DNA of 64,000 bases from Neoechinorhynchus agilis. Lineage: Eukaryota; Animalia; Acanthocephala. Positions 36,201 to 46,819 of this stretch are shown in pieces. The notes under the pieces were generated by a model. The model was not told the origin of the DNA, did not search any database, and saw only the letters and a list, made by a program, of their open reading frames with translations. Position 1 is the stretch's first letter, and the number at the start of each line of letters is the position of its first letter. The stretch is taken from positions 2,531,561-2,595,560 of the forward strand of contig CM121341.1 of NCBI GenBank assembly GCA_051530055.1. The letters are read 5' to 3'. The position numbers and the translations under genes are program-made.

Positions 36201-36986
36201 CTGTTAGAGATGAGGTAAGCCGAAGGAGGAATGAGTTAAAAGAAGAAATCACCCTCGTTCAAGATAGAGCAAAGGGAGCGTCCAGACTTAATCAAAACTT
36301 TTAAAATATTCAACTTGTCTGAATTCGGGAATCCTTTGATTTTAAAAAATAATCTCTAATTTGTCAGATTTGATCAATTTACTGGTATGTAAATCGCTTT
36401 AGAGACAATCATTGAGAAAATAGCTACAGAAAAGGTATTTCGGAAGCCTTACAACGAATTGGAGGTTAGCTTCAGGAGAGTGTCGATTTTCTTGACACAA
36501 ATAGGAAATATCGCTGAGTAGCCAGGTACAATCTTTTATACGTCTCATGCGCGATTCTACAGTTTGAACAAATGGGTAAATACGAGATATTAGAGCTGGT
36601 ATTTTTGGAATGAGGAACGAAGAAGTGTTTAAAGATTAAACTGTTCATATTGTTAGCTTTATGGCTAAGAAAAGTTCGAACTAACATATTTAAAAACTTA
36701 CAAGCAACCTTCATGACGGCACGAGGTGGCGAGGACTTTAAAAAACAAAGTAAATAGCGGCAAATCTCATTTAGAAAGAAATTTAATGGGAGTGCAATCG
36801 TGCTCCTTTTTTATTCCAAGAATGTTTTCCCTGGGTCCAAAATGTTAACAATGAGTTTATGTAAACAAACTAAAAACGTATACAGTAATTCCGTTGAAAA
36901 CGTCAACAAGGTTCAAGTGTTCAGTAACATTTCGAAATCGATTGCGCATCTCGTAAAGTAGGTAAGTTCGAGTTGTATATCCACTT

Positions 36987-37652
36987 TTGGGTATACTTTC
37001 AACCTTCACTCCGATGAACTTTATCAGCGTAGTAGTACTATTCTGCACCTTTGCCACTTTTCCGGCCAAAAACCGATGCTACGCCTTGAATCCAATCACC
37101 AGTACTGAAAAGGTTGATGGAGACATCGTTATTGAGAAAGAGATTCAACGAATCGATACCACCACCCCAACTCAAACCAAAGGAAAAACCGATGCCATCG
37201 CTGTGGACGCTAAAGAGGATGTCAAGCCCGAATCTGCAAGCGAAATGGCAGCAATAGAATCAACCGAACTCAATTCTCAAATTGATGTCGTTGAAAAAGA
37301 AAGCAACGCCACAAAACCAACAATTGATAGAGCTATGCCTGGCGCAATGGAGACAATCGAAATTGTTAATAAAAAGAAAACGCTTCTTGCCTCCGGACAG
37401 TCCACCAACTCCACGATCGGCTCTTCAGAAACGAAATCATTCAACGGCAGTGAAAAGATATTGACGGATGGTAAAGGAAATGCACAAAAGACTGCTCTTA
37501 ATATTGGAAGATTTCTGAACAATTACAGGAAAATGTATCGACCTCATCAATACCGGAAAAATTCACACAATTACATAACGTCGAATATAGATTCGATATT
37601 ACACCAAGGAGATTGGATCGGATTTAACATGATGAGACCTTGGCTCCATTAA
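36987..37652 (+). CDS. Putative secreted protein (signal peptide, acidic T/E/S-rich spacer, cationic C-terminus), paralog 1
   Basis: Hydrophobic N-terminus MNFISVVVLFCTFATFPAKNRCYA; frame conserved in paralog 58341-58949. Confidence 0.6.
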   Translation: MGILSTFTPMNFISVVVLFCTFATFPAKNRCYALNPITSTEKVDGDIVIEKEIQRIDTTTPTQTKGKTDAIAVDAKEDVKPESASEMAAIESTELNSQIDVVEKESNATKPTIDRAMPGAMETIEIVNKKKTLLASGQSTNSTIGSSETKSFNGSEKILTDGKGNAQKTALNIGRFLNNYRKMYRPHQYRKNSHNYITSNIDSILHQGDWIGFNMMRPWLH

Positions 37653-38017
37653 TTTTATATTCAGTTGCTGGTGTGATTTAGAATAGTTTTGACACCAATA
37701 AAATTTAGTTTTCCTTCCTACATACGGATTAAAAGGTCTATAGAATTTCATTAAAACAAAGTTCTTTGTCCGAGACAACTTTTACGATATACGAATCATG
37801 GTTTAACTTTCCTTCAAGATTTTAGTTATCATAAATTGAACCAACGTAAAATATCCTTTTATAGTTTCCGCCACTTCACTACCAGCAACCGAGGATGCCG
37901 AAATATTAGAGACATAGTTCTCCAGTTTTGATTGGTCGATCAATACAGGGGGGAAAGAGACTTTCTTTGGGTGGATTTAAATTAACTAATTTATTTCCGA
38001 TATTTCGTCGGATAATT

Positions 38018-38074
38018 GCGACATGATCAAGGGTTGCCCTCGTTATCATCGGGCAACCTCTTCATCAGACCAAC
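38018..38074 (-). ncRNA. Hammerhead relic (core mutated)
   Basis: CTGATGA-A-GAGGTTGCCC-N11-GGGCAACCCTT-GATCATGTC: 8-bp stem II, GAAA replaced by GATC. Confidence 0.4.
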
Positions 38075-38424
38075 GTTGCTTGACTAGTTATCCACTAGAT
38101 CGATGGCTACCATTATCAACCGATTTCGTAAATATAGTTGGCCATGAAAATCAATTTGATGTCCACAATTCACCGCAATATTTGATATGGCCGAGGAAGA
38201 GTCGTAACGTCTAAATGCGAATATCTGTGCTGTGGAATTCTTTTGCTTAGTTTGTGTTTGGTCTGTCCCAAATATTTGGCTGGGCAGTCCTTGCAGTGGA
38301 CCTCATATACAACTTCATCACATTTCGGCTAGGCTTTTAAGGATACCTGCAAAGTTGCCATCCTTTGTATTATGCACATTTATTTTTAATTTTTTTTATA
38401 TATTTTTTCTCTTCAGGTTTTACA

Positions 38425-38860
38425 ACAATAAAGTACAAAACGTGAAAGCACCACCGTCCGCAAAATCTAAGCTTCTCTCCTTCCTCGGCTGTCGCCATCA
38501 CGTTGGCAGCATTTCCTCGTTGTACTGCGAGCGAGATATTTTGCCGCAGGAATACACCTGCTCGTGCTTCGCCGATCGTTTTTCTCAATTTCCTGGAGAG
38601 ATCCTCGAGCAGAGTGCCGAGGTGCCAAGTGCTCCATGCGTCTCTACTCCGAAGGGACAAAATCTAAATGATATAACAAAATTTCACAGAGAAATAACCA
38701 AGATTAGAAGTCGCGTTGTAGGAAGACGGAAACTTGTCCGGCTAATTTCTACGAGAAACTCTTTGAATCTAACCCAGATCGATGCCACAAATGAAGTTTC
38801 AACGAGGACGTCACCATCAAACTTTTCAGCGACCGAGAATCGGAACTAGACTGGTTGTCA
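38425..38860 (-). mobile_element. CRE-like RLE 3' end; mirrored at ~56520-56822
   Basis: FLRQNISLAVQRGNAANVMATAEEGEKL. Confidence 0.8.
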
Positions 38861-39429
38861 TATCTAATTTGTTAGCATAACTCAGGTATTGTTAAGGAAA
38901 AATGGGACACAAAGACAATTTCATCATCTATTCAGATACTGGGATCCGATCATCTTGCTTTGAACAAAGTATACTCAAACGTAGCATTAAAATGGTTCAA
39001 TGGATGGTTTGCGAATCGCAATCATGTGTTACCAAAGAATTTTAGTCGCATTTTCATTTAAGCTTTTAAGGGCTCATGATATCGATATTCAAAGGCTTTT
39101 ATTGCGAGGCGGACATCTTATTCGACGGATATCTTGGGTGTTTTGGCTTTTTAGTAAGAATTTAGTGCCTGGTATGCGAATAACGTTTGAGCGGACGATT
39201 ATTGACCGATTTTAGATGGAATATAAACGCATAGAAGAGCATCTTCCATTAATTGAATACCAATCATTTTATTCTGGCCTCTTCATCAAGCAGCCGAATC
39301 CCCACATCAAGTTACTGATCATTAGGTAAAACCTACAAAAAGCTGCGTAATCATCTAAAAGGTTGGGTACCGTCAAACGAATTGACCAATCATTAGTAGA
39401 GGCAATGATGATCGGTCCCTCTGTCAATA

Positions 39430-40740
39430 GCCTCTTTTTCCTAAACGAACACTAAGCTGGACGACGGTTCCTAGTCGATACCGGTGCCGAAGTCAGCGTC
39501 CTTCCAGCCACAACACTCGATAAACCGACCAAACACTCTGGCAGAGCACTTACAGCTGCAAACGGTTCAACAATCCCAACATTCGGCAACAAGCTATTGC
39601 AGTTGAATTTCGGTAAAACTCAGACGGAATGGATGTTCACTGTTGCCGCGGTTAAACATCCTATCCTAGGCGCTGATTTCCTTCGACACTCAGGTTTACT
39701 GGTCGACGTAAGGAATAAGCAGCTGGTTAATGCAGAAACTTTCGCAGCGATACCATTAGCCTCCGTTTCTGTATCGATCGAAGCCATCAGCGTCGATTTC
39801 CTCCGATCGAAGAACGACGAATTTAGTAAAATTCTCGCAGATTTCCCCGAACATTCCAGCGGCTGATGGATACGGTTTGTTCAGGTGTGGATTTTGCTTT
39901 CGTCTACTTAGATGATATACTAATCGCGAGTTCAAATCGATTCGAGCACAGGAAATGGCTTCAGCATTCGAAAAAACTAAAGCCGCTCTAGCAAACGCAA
40001 CGATGCTTTCACATTCAGTGACCGACGCACCAATCTCTATCAGTACAGATGCATTCGAGTTCGCTATTGACGCTGTTCCACAGCAGAAGGTGTCCGATTC
40101 ATGGCAGCCGCTGGCATTCTTCAGCAAACAAATGCGTAAACCTGAGCAACGGTACAGCACCTTCGATCGCGAGCTTCTGACCATGTATCTCGCTGTCCGA
40201 CATTTTCGATATTACGTCGAGGGCCGATCGTTTACGAGTTACACTGATCATCGACCTTTAGTTTATGCGATGTAAAAAGTTTCGGATCAACAACGACATT
40301 TGAATTATATATCTGAGTTCACGACCAATATCAAACACATTAATGGACAAGAGAACCTAGTTGCCGATGCAGTCCCGCGTTGATTATTTAGCCAGTATTT
40401 CCGAAGCAATATCGTTTGAAGCGATGTCAGAAGATCAAAACTCTGATCAACACATCCAGGCATATCGTTCAGCGAATACCTCGCTGCGGTTGAAAGAAAT
40501 TCCTTTCAATGGTACAGGACAAACTATTTTGTGTGACATTTCGACTGGCCGTTATAGACCGTTGGTACCATCATCTTGGACGAAACGAGTTTTCGAGGCT
40601 GTACACCAGCTGTCCCACCCTTGAATCAAAGCAACCCGTAAATTGGTTAAAACAAGATACGTTTGGCCTGGTTTATCAAAGGATGTTGGTGCCTGGGTTC
40701 AGTCGTGCAACGGATGTCAAAAGGCTAAGGTTAAAAAAAA
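39430..40740 (+). mobile_element. Gypsy/Ty3 pol relic (protease, deleted RT, RNase H, integrase zinc-finger start)
   Basis: RFLVDTGAEVSVLP; FAFVYLDDILIAS; YSTFDRELLTMYLAVRHFRYYVEGRSFTSYTDHRPL; VFEAVHQLSHP. Confidence 0.9.
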
Positions 40741-40996
40741 CAAAATCCACCCACTTTGAATATCGCTGGCATATGCGTAGGATGTAATCAAATATCGATT
40801 ATTTTGATCTGGTGAATGAACCTTTATTGGAAAAGATTCAGAGGGATTGCGCACTCGAAGATACAGCCACGTCAACTGTTGCCGAGTAGAGGATCGCAAA
40901 GGCCGTACTTTCATTGTTTTAGTACAAACATTTTTATAGATTAAAAGTTATGTTCTTCTTTTAATGGCTTTAAAGTCATTTTGATCTAATTTTTGT

Positions 40997-41560
40997 TTGA
41001 GATATGGGAATTGAAGTAAGAATTAATTTATTGATTGAATATTTCGATCCAAACTAGGATATTCTTCAGCGAATTCTAAAAAAGAGAGGCAGGGAATGCC
41101 AAAACTATCACACGTTGATCTTATCGGGTGGAATCCGAACCTTCAATCTGTAATCTGGCTTGTTTCCATCAAAAATGGATGACGACTGGATATACACAGC
41201 TTCCGTGACCACACGACTGAATCGATCGTAATTCCGTAATAACACTTGCATGTTATAAAAATCGATCTGATCTCCAGTATTCACAGCGTGTGAGACCACT
41301 GCAGAACTCATGTCATTCTTTCTATTTATCGATCGCTTGTGCTCCTGAATTCTCCTGTTTGGATCGTTCGTTTGTCCGATGTAGACCTGATTACATTCAC
41401 TACATGGAATCTTGTATACTGATCCAGATTGAGGCTCGATTTTTTTGTTGGGACAAAGCAGTGTGTAAATTACGTCCCTTCCGAAGCGGCTTCAGCATAA
41501 AGAAAGTTACTGTCCTCGACAGATCATTATGGCAGACTGATGAATCCTAAAGTATTTCAG
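40997..41560 (-). mobile_element. 3' end of a Penelope-like element: GIY-YIG followed by a hammerhead-containing terminal repeat
   Basis: SVYKIPCSECNQVYIGQTNDPNRRIQEHKRS...SSAVVSHA...SRVVTEAVYIQ. Downstream CTGAAGA-A-TATCC-tagttt-GGATC-GAAA-TAT-T at 41069-41038. Confidence 0.85.
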
Positions 41561-42859
41561 AAAAAAGTATTTACCTGGCAAGTAGATATTGACAATTATT
41601 TTTACAAATATCTTCATTGCTAAAACCTCAAGGTCCGTGTGAATTGTCTTAAATCTTCTTTTTTTAATTTTCAGCATATAATTCTTATTTTTATCGGACG
41701 TCTAACTGTACCGTTGTGCATAAAACGAAACTTTGAGTTTGGACGAGAAAGGAAAAGTGAGAAATGGACGCAACTGCGACACTACAAAACTCGGAAACGA
41801 CCGACATCCACCCTCAGAACTTACAATCACCTTATCATCCTCTGGCGATGACTTGGCAGAATAGAGCAAACGATTTTAATAACGGCAACAAACTGATTAC
41901 ATCGCGATTATTCTTATATTGGGGGACTGGAACACATTAATGCAATCCTTTTAAGGGACGTAGCGACTCATTAAAGGCCAATTCTCAGCTAATAGCCCAG
42001 AAAAGCTGCATTTTTTGAGATTTTACATCCAACAATCTTAAATGTCCAGTAATTTTCGAGCCTTAAAGTATTTCCCAAAAAATAAAGATGGTGGTCATTT
42101 TTAACGTCAGTCAAAAGCGACTCATTAAAAATCACATCGATTTCACCCTCTTTAGGATAAATGGTGTTCTGAATATCGACGACATTATCATCATGAGTTG
42201 CTCGAAAATGACATGAACAAAGGAATTGGTAACCAAAAACTACATTTTAAGGATTGTCTGTAAAAAGCGAAAAGGGCGGTAAACTATTTCGCTGGCTGGA
42301 TTTTCGTCCAAATTTAATTTTTATCCAGAGTTCAATCGAGAACTAAAAGATTCCGACAATTCGCGATTACTTTCATTGATCTTGTCGACCTCAATGATCT
42401 CTCCTTAAGTTCCTTTCAAGTTCTGATATTCGACAATATTGTCTAGCATGGAAAAAGGAGCGTAGGTGAGGCCGAGTGAAGATGAAACGAATTAGGATTA
42501 CGAGTGTTGCGCTCGTGTGAAAAGGAAGCGAAATGTGGAAGAAATTGTGGTTGTAGGGTTGAGAGGCGTTTTGATTGTTTTATGAAAATTTTATTAAAAT
42601 ATTCGGTGAGAGGGGGAAAGTCAGCCGTGCAAATTTTAGATGCTATTTTATGAAGAATTTCAAGACGACAGACTTGAGATCTGGATAGGTTGCAAAATGC
42701 GGGATAACCGTAGGTGACGAGGGTAAAGTAAAGCTGAAGTAAAAATTGTAGATCAGGTGAAGGGATTCCTTAATGTCGGAGGCGTTTGATGAAGTAAATT
42801 TTTAAGGCGTTGCTCTTGAGGGAGAGAAAGTGTTGTGTTTCCCATGAAAAATTTGATTG

Positions 42860-43830
42860 AAATTGGAGACCAATTGAAATATGCGACCAATTGAAATTAG
42901 AAACCATTGATATTATCACGGGAGACTTAATTGGCGAGTGCAGCTGCAGGCAAATCCTCAAACGCAAACAGAGGGGATCCAACCGTAACTTTGCAGTTAA
43001 GATCTTAAAGAACGCCACTCTGAACTTCTAAATGGATGATTACGAAGTCAAGATGTTTAAGACAATAAAAGAGGCCGAGGTAGAACGATCAAATATTGCA
43101 GTTCCCCTCGAAATGTTTAAGTATTCTGGTTACCAGTTCATTATTCCTGAACACTACGAAATGGACCTTAATGTGTCTGTAAACACATTTGGAGCAATGC
43201 AAATCAATCGATTGTTCTACTTGGCATGCAAAATGTTGCGAAAATTAGAGAAGTTAAAAGATCTTAATATTGTTCATGGATATTTCAAACCAATCAGCAT
43301 TATGATGGTCAGTTGTCTAAGTAAATCTGAACAATTCAAACTCATTAATTTTGGTCATGCCGTGCAGCTACGAAACCAAGAGTCTCTTTATGGATACTTC
43401 CAAACTTCATACTATCGCGCTTCGGAATTGATAGTGGATTTACCCACCGCCAAATCAATCGACATGTGGAGCCTTGGTTGCACTATCGGGGAACTGGCGG
43501 TTAGCAGGCCAATGTTTCCAGGGAGTGGTGATTATGAGACGGTCCTTGATAATGGAGTACGGACATTGCTATGTTATAATAATACAATCAACGGAGACGG
43601 ATGGATGCTGAAATCTCCATTGGAAAGAGGAATCTTTCCATTGAACAGCAGTGCGCTACATCCACCGATAGGGTCATTGGACAGCATTATTAACCTTATG
43701 CCCCTAGTTTACCCGACACAACAAGATACGCAAAATCCAACAAATTTGTGGCAATTCTGGATCGTATGTTTAAACTTTCACCCGGGATCGAGTTGATCCA
43801 ACTGTCGCCCTTCAAACATACTTTTCAGAG
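42860..43830 (+). pseudogene. HIPK/DYRK-family kinase pseudogene or pseudokinase, copy 1
   Basis: AVKILKN, in-frame TAA at 43029-43031, then IVHGYFKPISIM, FKLINFG, FQTSYYRASE, SIDMWSLGCTIGEL, PMFPGSGDYE (cf. HIPK YLQSRYYRAPE...AIDMWSLGC...LYPGASEYD). Confidence 0.8.
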
Positions 43831-44699
43831 AACGCTGACACTCAATTCAGCGCTGGTGGGCCTTCATGATTATGCAATTCGATTGTTCAGAATTTCGGAC
43901 ATTTGTCGATGTTTTGGCACTTGATTCAAATAAATACTGCTTTGTTTTTTGTGAATTTAAGTAATATACCGCTATTGAAAATTTTATGATGGATATTAAT
44001 TTAAATAAGCAATTCTCTGATATTATCAATTCCCTTTATAAAGCTAAAACACTATTATAAGTGATTTATGCGCACGATTAAACAATTTGTACGAATTTAT
44101 TGATTATGGTGAGGAAATATGAACACGGGTTTAATGCGAAAAGCATAAGTTGCTTTTGCATTCTAAAAGATCGAAGCACAAATTTTAATATTTATTTTCA
44201 TCTACTTTTATCATCATATTCTTAGAAATCGAACTCTCTCAAAAGCAACGATGAATTAAAGTTTAAGAATATTTAGAGACAAAAGGGAATTTGTGCAGCT
44301 AATAGACATTTAATTGAATGAAAAGAACCTACTTATTGAGAAATGTTGTTGTCGATATCTCAAACGCTAATCGAGATAATTCCTTATGATTTACAAATCT
44401 TAACACTTTTAGAATGCACTTTATTTTGTCATAATCTTTATCGATTCAAATATCATATTGCCTAAAGTCACGTTACAAATTTCAATTCAAGGCATGAGCA
44501 AAACTGGTATTTCGTAATCTTTTTATTGTTTCAACCGAATGACCGTGTAAATACTAAGCGAGCTAAAACGTTAAATTATATTCTGTGGAATCACATGTTG
44601 AATTTATTCTCATGAATTTCTCCATCAGAGCGTTCGTTTAAATCTCATAACAAGATGGACATCATAATTAAATTAACTAAAATTTTATATTGCTTCTAA

Positions 44700-44762
44700 A
44701 AACATTTTTCTAGTGAATTCTCAATGTTTCGTCCGTCTCGTCGGACTTCTTCAGGTCTTCGG
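44700..44762 (-). ncRNA. Partial hammerhead (core plus stem II); mirror at 49085-49146 (+)
   Basis: CTGAAGA-A-GTCCG-acgaga-CGGAC-GAAA(C/T)AT-T; stem I is only 1 bp. Confidence 0.45.
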
Positions 44763-44989
44763 TCTTATGAAAATGTTTTATAATAGGAGTGTTATCTTCT
44801 CACGATCAAAAACAAATTATTGATTGGGTTTGAATAACTTAATGTTTGCAATTTTAACTACTTTTAATCTATGTGCACTATCGAACACCGATCAAACATT
44901 TTCATCGTATTGTATTTCCGTTAAACTTAAAATATTATTGACCTTTATTCTATATGTATAAATAGCGAATACACTCAAGGAAGAAATCG

Positions 44990-45450
44990 ATGGCACGCTC
45001 GGAGGTAATCCCTCTGTAGTCCTGCGGGATTTGGAGACACTCGTGAAGGAAACGACGAAAATTGGCATTGATCTGAATCCCTCAAAATGAGAGACTAGTG
45101 ATGAAGATGGAAAAATACCATGAACCACTTTCAGAACCTGGCCCAGAGATAGAATAGATTACTTTACACCGGTTGATTCTCCTAGGAAGCTGTGTTTTTT
45201 AACATGGAAACAGATATTTAATCTTCAACCGCAACTTTACATGCTATGAAAACGAAATTATCTTTGCACGAGGCACTGTTCCTGATCAAGAATACTCTCC
45301 TCATTTCAAAATTACTCTATAATCTGCTCGCAGCACTTTTTTAGACACAAAGATAAGATGGAACAATTAGACGAAACGGTGGCAGCCTGGCTTGAGAATA
45401 TTTAAATACTCAGCTATCGGACAATACCTGGCGTCAAGGATCCTTGCATG
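44990..45450 (+). mobile_element. CRE-like RT relic; mirror at ~48400-48850
   Basis: GGNPSVVLRDLETLVKETTKIGIDLNPSK and HEALFLIKN, closely matching the 1669-2319 ORF. Confidence 0.75.
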
Positions 45451-46069
45451 TGTCGTGCGGCCAAGTAGATATTTACCTGTCAGCTTATTTGGGATCGTGT
45501 GGATCAAGCCACAAAATAGTTCAGTCGTTTCTTGGCGGGAATTACATTTTGGTCGAAGATTTGATGGAGGCTCTAAATCTTTGGTGTGAAGATTCCGGTA
45601 GCGAGGGTACTCACTCTTTATAGCGGGAATTCAGAGTTCTTTAATTTCATATTCATGTGACCTGGCAGATTGAACTCGCTTGACGGCAGTCTCGACTAGA
45701 CAATCGAGTTCTTTGCTCAACGTTCTCCTAATCGATTCTGTGGGCACTCTCCGACGAGACGGTAAGGATTGCAGTGTCCCTGAGACTTCGAGTACCGATG
45801 TGTACTTCCAATCGCTGCCTCGGCAATCAGACGGAAGGCGCTCACGACACGCGGAACTGAACGAAATTCATAGTCGTGCCATACTATGAATACTTTCAAC
45901 AAACTCGAGCAGCGCAATCTTTGCCGACTCGAAATAAACGGCCAAAGCTCTATATCTCAAATCAGGTAGACACACCGAGTTCATTTCCGATACAAGCGTT
46001 TTCATTAAGTTGAACGCGTCCACCGCAAAGTAAAAAAATTCCATTGGATGACCACACTCATTGGCTCAA

Positions 46070-46411
46070 CCACTAAGTTCGAAATCTGCTTTTGGAGACA
46101 AGCCTGAGATTGTCTCAATGGACCTGAAGAAAATTTCGGAAACGAGGCACTGTCAACAGACGACCACCAAAACGTTTTCAAGACACAATGCATTAGCGCG
46201 GCAACACTGGAGTGGAGGTATGTGGCAAGGACGCGTGCAACCGCAGTCGTGCATGCACTTAAAGTGTCGCTCGCAGAACCTCTCAGCTAGAGCACCACTG
46301 CTTTTTTTATGGAAATTTTAAACTGATATTCTGTATCAAAATTTTCCTCGCTATTGATTGACGCACCCGAATGCCCAATCCCCCAGATGACATAGACAAT
46401 GAAGCTTGTCG
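46070..46411. mobile_element. Short CRE-like fragments in the P2 spacer
   Basis: FGDKPEIVSMDLKKISET (+). cccgaatgcccaatcccccagatgac...gcttgtcgc matches ~1790-1836. Confidence 0.6.
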
Positions 46412-46412
46412 C

Positions 46413-46592
46413 TACATCTCTCCGGATATTCAGATACCCCCAGGAGGCGAAACTCGTCAGTGAGCTTCCTCCCATCGCCGGTATTTCGTCCCCTTTGATC
46501 GTGCATCGTCCTCGATCGTGGATTAGAACCATTTGACCCTGAAGCCGGGATTCGGAGTACAAATCCACTGGACCACCCCCGCACAAATACGA
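46413..46592 (-). mobile_element. SINE-like/hammerhead element copy 3 (most diverged)
   Basis: A-box TGGTCCAGTGG, B-box GGTTCTAATCC. GGGAC GAAA TACC...CTCA CTGACGA GTTTC...GGTA TC TGAA at 46492-46429. Confidence 0.7.
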
Positions 46593-46819
46593 TGAATCCC
46601 TTGGTGGCAAAACTACCACAAGAAAGAATACATTTAATATAACTGCTTGAGCCGCCTGGATTATGGAAGGTTTTACGCCATCCTTTTCCGAAACACCGGG
46701 TGGTTGCGAAAACATTGAAACGAATGGCCTTACTTCGATATTCAACATTATGTACCGGACTGATTAAAGTTTAAGTAACGCTTTTGGTTATGCAACCCAT
46801 TGAAAGTTTTAAGTCACCC

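Larger units (their letters stand above)
29136..36516. repeat. Right arm of palindrome P1: mosaic inverted copy of 13881-12348, then 16430-14231, then 9273-5585
   Basis: Coordinate sums of mirrored ORFs: ~43017-43029, 47113, and ~42101-42156. Confidence 0.95.
41486..45965. repeat. Left inner arm of palindrome P2 (inverted copy ~47875-52593)
   Basis: Mirrored ORFs sum to ~93828-93851 (inner part) and ~94017 (outer part). Confidence 0.95.

Noticed and set aside
41537-41565. CTGATGA...GAAA near the P2 arm boundary
   Set aside because: Antisense of Penelope coding sequence; no pairing stems.
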